Shown here one piece after another: positions 58,045 through 64,000 of a stretch of DNA of 64,000 nt (its first letter is position 1; the number at the start of each line of letters is the position of its first letter). The notes beneath the pieces were generated by a model. The model did not search any database and was not told the DNA's origin. It saw only the letters and a program-made list of their open reading frames with translations. Source of the DNA: Candidatus Thorarchaeota archaeon (GTDB taxonomy: Archaea > Asgardarchaeota > Thorarchaeia > Thorarchaeales > Thorarchaeaceae). A program made the position numbers and the translations under genes. Where the stretch lies: NCBI GenBank assembly GCA_003345545.1, contig PRDH01000017.1, positions 1-64,000 of the forward strand, written 5' to 3'.

Positions 58045-59529
58045 TTGAGGAAATTGCCAGCTCTCATCCTTGTTGCGGCTCTGATTATGCTTTTCCCTGT
58101 TTCCGCAGGCACGGACACTATGCCGATCTCGACTGAGCCCTCTTACTCCACGTCTGCTGAAGGCATGCTGCCTGCCAAATCATATGTCTGGCAGGAAATA
58201 AACGGCCTCTGTGCATGGGCTGCTATTGCAATAGCTATGGAATATGCTGGTGTTGATTTGAACCTATACGATGTTCTTGCAGCAACATCAGTTGGTTTTT
58301 CTTTTGCATATTTCCACATCAATGATACAATATTGATGTTCCCTGGACCCTTGTACACGCAAGCTGAACCCGCGAAGTTCCTTGCCGACTTATATGAAGT
58401 CAACTTTACTGTCTACCTAGGCAGTGAGGTGCCCTACCTCGATGAAAACGTCCAGGTCTGGGAAAGTGAAGGTCTTACAGTTGGAGTGATCAATGGTGAG
58501 GATGAAGCCTTTGATCTGATGAGAAAGACTATCGACTCAGGTTTTCCGTTGCTAGTGAGCGTGGACCCAACATGGCTTCCTGCATCGGATTATGATATCC
58601 TGAGAGAGGCAGATTTGACTGGCGGCGGTCACGGAGTTCTCATCGTAGGATACAATGACACGTCGGGTATTGCCACGATTATAGACCCCGGTGTTGGTTC
58701 TTTCGGGGATGATTTCGGGTATCCAGAGGATGGGCGCGGTAACTACACCGAAATTACATACACTGCACTGAACAGTGCCTGGTCCAATCGGTATTACATT
58801 TCGAATACGTTCTTTCCCATCGGAGAAGCCGCTTCAAGCATTGATGATCAACTGGGCCCTCTCATTCGTGACAAACTGCTTGGTGTTGGAACGATTTACT
58901 CGCCACTCAGTGCAAATGCGTATTATGGGAAATTCGGAGAAGTCGCATTCCGAACCATGAGTACCGACATAACAGCTGCAGGGCTCAAATCCTACCTTAG
59001 TGTTTTTGATGGCATTGCAGATGAACAATTCTTCAAAGCGGCAGTCATCATGATCATCGGACTTGGCCTTGAGGCTCAGGTCACGTTGCAGTATCTATCC
59101 TATAGAACTGCTCTGGCTAGTCTACCTGCGTTGATGGCAGAGACTGATTTATCTGATTTCGTTGAAGCGGGGAGACGGGCTCTTCCTTACTTTGACCAAC
59201 TTGATGACAATTCGACTCTTGTGTACCCAGCGAATATAACTAGAGCTACAGGATATGTAGCGACCACTTTCAAGGCTATTGCTGAGGCGTACAACTCCAC
59301 CGGTGATATTGACGGAGCATTTGCTCCCTATGAGTCGGATCTGAACAATATGTCGGAAGCTCTCCTTGGCATCGCTGATTCTTGGCGCGATGCTGGCGAA
59401 GCGCTTGCAGTAATCTGGCCGAACGATATGCTTACTCAGTATGGCCCCGTGATCGCATTTGCGGGCGGTGGAGTCGTGGTGGCAATTACCCTGCTACTCT
59501 GGTGGATCAGGAAAAAACCCTCTCAGTAG
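58045..59529 (+). CDS. Exported, membrane-anchored papain-fold (C39-like) cysteine peptidase
   Basis: Signal peptide; Q....C (WQEINGLC), GHGVLIVGY, IIDP; terminal TM plus RKK; GGAGGT upstream. Confidence 0.75.
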   Translation: MRKLPALILVAALIMLFPVSAGTDTMPISTEPSYSTSAEGMLPAKSYVWQEINGLCAWAAIAIAMEYAGVDLNLYDVLAATSVGFSFAYFHINDTILMFPGPLYTQAEPAKFLADLYEVNFTVYLGSEVPYLDENVQVWESEGLTVGVINGEDEAFDLMRKTIDSGFPLLVSVDPTWLPASDYDILREADLTGGGHGVLIVGYNDTSGIATIIDPGVGSFGDDFGYPEDGRGNYTEITYTALNSAWSNRYYISNTFFPIGEAASSIDDQLGPLIRDKLLGVGTIYSPLSANAYYGKFGEVAFRTMSTDITAAGLKSYLSVFDGIADEQFFKAAVIMIIGLGLEAQVTLQYLSYRTALASLPALMAETDLSDFVEAGRRALPYFDQLDDNSTLVYPANITRATGYVATTFKAIAEAYNSTGDIDGAFAPYESDLNNMSEALLGIADSWRDAGEALAVIWPNDMLTQYGPVIAFAGGGVVVAITLLLWWIRKKPSQ

Positions 59530-59545
59530 AGCGTGGTTGAGACAC

Positions 59546-61648
59546 TCAGTCTTCGCCCAGAAGCTCAAGCATCTGCTCTATTGTGTTGGTCGGAAGCTTG
59601 CAGCTAGAATCCACACAGACGTGTGCAGTGGCTCTTCCCCGCAGAGGCGAATGGAACTGTGTGAAAGGAGCGAGTCTTGTTAATGCCTTTGCCTGTATCT
59701 CTGTACCTCTGAGGAGAGTGACTTCTCTCGGCAGAAACCTCTGCCTTAACGCACGAATCATTGACTGAGTATCTTCACTCTCGGGGTTTCCTGCTATGAC
59801 TATCTCGAATGACGGCCCCAAGATGAAGTCGAGGGCAACCAACATCATCGAATGGGCTGAATGCGTTTGACTAATCTCGTTGGAGAAGGCTTTGCCAATT
59901 GCATTGGCGTGCTCTTCGAACTCATCATCACCGAGCAGTTTCGCCAGTCTGACCAGGTTCAGCATAGCAATGGAGTTACCAGAGGGCATTGCTCCGTCAT
60001 ATGCCTCCTTCCTTCTCGTAAGCAATTCCTCTGAGTAGGAGCCCGTGAAGAACAGACCTCCATTCTTGGTGTCCCAGAAATACCTCAGCATGTCTTTACT
60101 GAGTTCCCTCGCTTGTTCCAGATACATCGGATTGAACGTTGCCTCATACATGTCCAGAAGTCCCATTATTAGGTAGGCATAGTCGTCGAGGAATGCTCTG
60201 TAAGCGACTTCGCCATGAGCGTATCTGTGATACAGCTCCTTCCTGTTGAGAAGGGTTTGCAGCAGGAATGTCAATGCGTGTTCCGCTGTACTCACCATTT
60301 TGGCGTCATTCAGAGCTGCTCCCGCCTTTGCTAGTGCGGAAATCATGTATCCATTCCAATCTGTCAATACCTTTTCGTCCCTGTGTGGTCGAATCCTCTT
60401 CTCACGGACGTCGAAGAGCTTCTGCCTTCCTCTCTCAAGAAGCGTCTTTGTTGTCTTAGAGCCAGGGCTTGGCGATTCGGCAAGCTCACCTGACCTGCTG
60501 GTGACGTGGAGAATATTCAGACCGGTTTTCTCTCTCGTAGCCTCTTCCGTGAAGTTGCCCTCTGGCTTGACATTGTAGTATCTGAAAAAGACAGCGCTTT
60601 CTTCCTCGGTCAGGATGCTCTTAATCTCATACTGTGACCAGACGTAGAACTTGCCCTCAACGCCCTCGCTATCAGCATCTTCGGCTGAGTAGAACGCTCC
60701 TTCGGGACTCATCAAATCACGAGTGACATACTCATGGATTTCTCTGACTACCTTTGCGAAGAAGGGATTCTTCGAGGCTTGATACGCTTCCGTATAAGCA
60801 GTCATGAGACTTGCCTGATCATATAGCATCTTCTCAAAATGAGGAAGTAACCAATGCGAATCAGTTGAGTACCTGTGAAACCCATAGCCTATCTGGTCAA
60901 AGATGCCACCTTTCTTCATCTCTGTGAGTGTCTTCTCGACCATGTGAAGTGCCCGTGCATCACCTGTTCTCTTCCAGTAACGCAGTAATAGCAGTAGATT
61001 GTGAGGCGAGGGGAATTTTGGAGCGTTGCCGAATCCCCCATGTTTGTCATCGAATCTTTGCGACATTTCTGTGAATGTCGCCATGATATCATTCTCTGAA
61101 AGATCAGAGTTGCCCTTCTGGGCAGATGTATCTTGAAGCGCGTTTTCTATTCTCTTAGTCACTTCATCAATATTATTTCTATCCTCATTCCAGAGTTCAG
61201 CAATCCGTGGAATAAGGTCGAGCAGTCCGATTGTATTGTAACGGGTGGTCTTTGGAATATATGTCCCGGCAAAGAATGGCTTTTTGTCTGGAGTCATGAT
61301 AATGGTCAAGGGCCAGCCACCGCGACCTGTCATCATCTGAGCTATTTGCATATATACACCATCAATATCTGGTCGTTCCTCACGGTCCACTTTGATATTG
61401 ACGAATGTGCGATTCATAAGTTCCGCAACCTTCTCGTCCTCAAAGGACTCATGGGCCATGACATGACACCAATGGCAGGTGCTATACCCAACTGAGAGAA
61501 AGACTGGCTTCTGCTCGCTCCTAGCCTTCTCGAATGCCTCATCACTCCATGCATACCAATCTACGGGATTTTCTGCATGCTGCAATAGATATGGACTCCT
61601 CTCGCCAGCCAGTCTATTCCTCTCACGGTTCTTTTCGGGTGATGTCAT
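59546..61648 (-). CDS. YyaL/SPATA20-like thioredoxin-domain protein (DUF255)
   Basis: [55 protein letters not shown]. Confidence 0.95.
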   Translation of the reverse strand: MTSPEKNRERNRLAGERSPYLLQHAENPVDWYAWSDEAFEKARSEQKPVFLSVGYSTCHWCHVMAHESFEDEKVAELMNRTFVNIKVDREERPDIDGVYMQIAQMMTGRGGWPLTIIMTPDKKPFFAGTYIPKTTRYNTIGLLDLIPRIAELWNEDRNNIDEVTKRIENALQDTSAQKGNSDLSENDIMATFTEMSQRFDDKHGGFGNAPKFPSPHNLLLLLRYWKRTGDARALHMVEKTLTEMKKGGIFDQIGYGFHRYSTDSHWLLPHFEKMLYDQASLMTAYTEAYQASKNPFFAKVVREIHEYVTRDLMSPEGAFYSAEDADSEGVEGKFYVWSQYEIKSILTEEESAVFFRYYNVKPEGNFTEEATREKTGLNILHVTSRSGELAESPSPGSKTTKTLLERGRQKLFDVREKRIRPHRDEKVLTDWNGYMISALAKAGAALNDAKMVSTAEHALTFLLQTLLNRKELYHRYAHGEVAYRAFLDDYAYLIMGLLDMYEATFNPMYLEQARELSKDMLRYFWDTKNGGLFFTGSYSEELLTRRKEAYDGAMPSGNSIAMLNLVRLAKLLGDDEFEEHANAIGKAFSNEISQTHSAHSMMLVALDFILGPSFEIVIAGNPESEDTQSMIRALRQRFLPREVTLLRGTEIQAKALTRLAPFTQFHSPLRGRATAHVCVDSSCKLPTNTIEQMLELLGED

Positions 61649-61747
61649 TATCTGTCGTACTATGCAAAAACAGAGACGCTATTAACTATTGTTATGCATA
61701 AAGAGCCCATACGCGAAAACGAATTCTTATGAAGGCTCGATATACCA

Positions 61748-62437
61748 GTGAAATGGGTGTGGTTAGTGGATAGTGATGAGCATCAACAGACAACGAGCAA
61801 AGACAGTTTTGGGTTGCTGAAATCAAGAATCACGAGTGCAGCAGCACTTCTACTCCCTTTGCTTGCATCAATACCTCCTCTCGGTGTATGGGGCGGCTTG
61901 ATGACAATTCCATTCTTGATGTATCTGCTGCTCATGATTGGGAGTCTTGGTAGTGTTGTACTCGAACCATTAGACATTTTCAACATAGCCGGATATTCAA
62001 TCGGAATAATCCTCTTGCTCTATTCCATAGCTTATCTCTGGAAAAAGAAGGCAACAGGGCTAGTCACTACTGGTCCCTACAGCATTGTACGTCACCCTCA
62101 GTACTTCTCAATAATAGTCTTCACAGCAGTTATGACTTATCAGAGCGTGTGGATACTTCAGCACACCTTTGGCTTTGGGTGGCTGTCAGTCGAACAGACC
62201 AAAATCATGTGGTATATTATGCTATTCGCGTATGTGGTAATCGCGGATATTGAAGAGAAGCATCTGGAGAAAGTCTATGGGTATGAGTGGATTGATTACA
62301 GGAACAAGGTAGGTTTCTTGATTCCTTTCGTCAGATTCCGGTCGGGAGTTGGATTCCGATTGCGATTTCTAGAAGAGCTAGTCTGCATGCTAATTCCGAT
62401 TGTTGCTCTGGATGCGCTTCTCTATTTGACTGCCTAG
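61748..62437 (+). CDS. ICMT/PEMT-family membrane methyltransferase
   Basis: LVTTGPY..VRHPQY, EE..L...YG.EW..Y...V...IP. Confidence 0.8.
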   Translation: MKWVWLVDSDEHQQTTSKDSFGLLKSRITSAAALLLPLLASIPPLGVWGGLMTIPFLMYLLLMIGSLGSVVLEPLDIFNIAGYSIGIILLLYSIAYLWKKKATGLVTTGPYSIVRHPQYFSIIVFTAVMTYQSVWILQHTFGFGWLSVEQTKIMWYIMLFAYVVIADIEEKHLEKVYGYEWIDYRNKVGFLIPFVRFRSGVGFRLRFLEELVCMLIPIVALDALLYLTA

Positions 62438-62492
62438 AAGCTGCAGGAAGGCAGCGACAGACTCATAACGCGCTTTCGCGCTCCATCATCTG

Positions 62493-63323
62493 ATGAAAGT
62501 TGCAGTGACGGGCAAAGGTGGTGTCGGAAAGACCACCATAGCCGGAACACTGGCGAGACTCCTCGGACGTGACGGTCTGAGAATCCTAGCTGTCGATGCT
62601 GATCCAAACTACAACCTCTGGTCAGCAATAGGCATGGATGATACAATTGCCAGAAGAATACAACCTCTTCTTGAGAATGAGGAACTTGTCCGTCAGAAGA
62701 CTGAGATGAAATGGGTCGAGGCTCTTGGCAACTTCTTCCAAATACACCCAAGCGTCAACGACTTGGCTGAGAACTTTGCTATCGCAGGCCCTGACAATGT
62801 CAGCCTTCTCGTGGCTGGCACAGTCAATATGGGGGGACAGGGCTGCATGTGCCCCTCAGCTGCCCTCCTCAAGGCACTCATCAACCATCTCAGTCTTGAG
62901 AGCAATGAAGCGTTCATCATGGATATGGACGCAGGCATTGAGAACTTGGGTCGAGGGACAACACGCGGCATGGACGCTCTTCTTGCAGTTGTTGAGCCAG
63001 GTCGGCGGTCGCTCGACACGCTCGAACGAATCAAAGGGCTTGCTTCAGACATTGGACTTGCACGTGTGTTCGCAGTCGGAAACAAGGTGACAGATGAGAG
63101 TGATGCTGGCTTCATCTCGGAAGCGCTGAAATCCTATAGGATTCCGTTGATTGGAATGGTTCCCTTTGACGAAACAGTGCGTGAGGCAGATCGACACGGA
63201 ATTGCGCTCATCGACCTCAATGAAAACAGCCCAGCTGTTCAAGCAATCAAAGCCATAAAGTCTGAATTGGTAGGGAGGCTAGAGGAACTCCCGTCCAATA
63301 CGTTTCTGAGTGAAGAATCATAG
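62493..63323 (+). CDS. cooC: CooC/AcsF nickel-insertion ATPase
   Basis: GKGGVGKTT, VDADP, GCMCP, DMDAG.E.LGRG, VVEP, NK. Confidence 0.9.
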   Translation: MKVAVTGKGGVGKTTIAGTLARLLGRDGLRILAVDADPNYNLWSAIGMDDTIARRIQPLLENEELVRQKTEMKWVEALGNFFQIHPSVNDLAENFAIAGPDNVSLLVAGTVNMGGQGCMCPSAALLKALINHLSLESNEAFIMDMDAGIENLGRGTTRGMDALLAVVEPGRRSLDTLERIKGLASDIGLARVFAVGNKVTDESDAGFISEALKSYRIPLIGMVPFDETVREADRHGIALIDLNENSPAVQAIKAIKSELVGRLEELPSNTFLSEES

Positions 63324-64000
63324 AGCAACGTATCGCTTCTTCTTTTCCTCAATCAGACCCCGCGAAAGAAGTGAGTTAACATGATGCTCGATCATCCACG
63401 TTTCAAACTGGAGGAACACGGGGTCGGTGAGGGAGGGATAGATGATAGGATTCAGGGTGATCTCCGGAACAGAACCTGCTCCATTCATAATTGCAGCCAG
63501 CACAAGGTCCTCACGTATCTCAATCTTTCGCTGGTATGATGCCAGTGCGGTCTTGTAGTCTTTAACGAGAGGACTGCCAAGATGCCCACTGATGAGGCCA
63601 TCGTAGTCATTGTGCTGTAACCTCATAATGGAGTCTTGGAATTCAGGGATGGATGAATTAGGATGTCCGTAGTAAGGGCCGAACTCTGTAAGGTCTATGT
63701 CAGCTGCGAAGACGAGGTTCGGCTCTAGTATCTCAATGCACATATGGTCCGGAAGATGCCCTGGGGTATAGAGCATTCGAAGGGTGTGCTTACCAAGCGC
63801 AAACTTGTCGCCATCGCCAAGCTCTTCATCAATATGCCCCTCCTCCAGTGCACCAAACATCTTCGAGTTCACCAGTCTTTCCCAAAGCGGTCTGACAGGA
63901 TTAGCCCTGTGAAATCCGAGGAACTCCTTCATTTTCTCCTTGTCGTTGAAGAGAGGTGCTGTGATTTCATTAGCTGCAATCCTACAGCGTGATAGTCTAT
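63318..64000 (-). CDS. MBL-fold metallo-hydrolase, partial (5' end beyond the window)
   Basis: TPGH..DH, AD.DL..FGPYYG, SGH; frame stays open upstream of ATG 63932 to the window edge. Confidence 0.8.
   Translation of the reverse strand, partial: RLSRCRIAANEITAPLFNDKEKMKEFLGFHRANPVRPLWERLVNSKMFGALEEGHIDEELGDGDKFALGKHTLRMLYTPGHLPDHMCIEILEPNLVFAADIDLTEFGPYYGHPNSSIPEFQDSIMRLQHNDYDGLISGHLGSPLVKDYKTALASYQRKIEIREDLVLAAIMNGAGSVPEITLNPIIYPSLTDPVFLQFETWMIEHHVNSLLSRGLIEEKKKRYVAL

Noticed and set aside
57888-58118. 76-aa ORF as a radical SAM precursor peptide
   Set aside because: It overlaps the peptidase signal-peptide codons on the opposite strand and shows no leader/core pattern.
49737-62437. Eukaryote-like CaaX processing (prenyltransferase-repeat protein plus ICMT-like gene acting on the GTPase)
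   Set aside because: Both families are widespread in prokaryotes, the genes are not adjacent, and the GTPase ends in LEIVA with no CaaX.
1-64000. CRISPR array, rRNA, tRNA, transposase or integrase
   Set aside because: No regularly spaced repeats, tRNA T-loop/acceptor pattern or DDE/tyrosine-recombinase motifs were seen by eye. A tRNAscan/Infernal run would still be needed to exclude RNAs.

Overview
Gene-dense archaeal chromosomal segment with about 52 CDSs and no rRNA, tRNA, CRISPR array or transposase that I could recognise. Gene content (longin-domain and Arf-like small GTPase proteins, Sec11-type signal peptidase, beta-CASP nuclease, REC-PAS-kinase, tungsten AOR) points to an Asgard archaeon, possibly Thorarchaeota-like (inference, no search run). 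Top candidate for an undescribed system: two adjacent paralogues at 23148-26923 with the layout longin / small-GTPase fold / longin / two winged helices. One has an intact Arf-like G domain. The other has a degenerate pseudo-G domain and a C-terminal half that aligns by eye with the GATOR1 subunit NPRL2, including an Arg at the arginine-finger position. Other strong leads: (i) an NAD-kinase-fold protein with a broken GGDG motif fused to a winged helix, divergent from nadA, with two related palindromic boxes between them (candidate NAD-sensing regulator); (ii) an aldehyde:ferredoxin oxidoreductase fused to an acyl-CoA ligase, divergent from two SCP2-like lipid carriers; (iii) an endonuclease-less Alw26I/Eco31I-type m6A plus circularly permuted m5C methyltransferase pair directly upstream of the GTPase pair; (iv) several intergenic structured-RNA candidates, pseudogene remnants and an uncalled small membrane ORF. 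All family calls are from motif recognition by eye.
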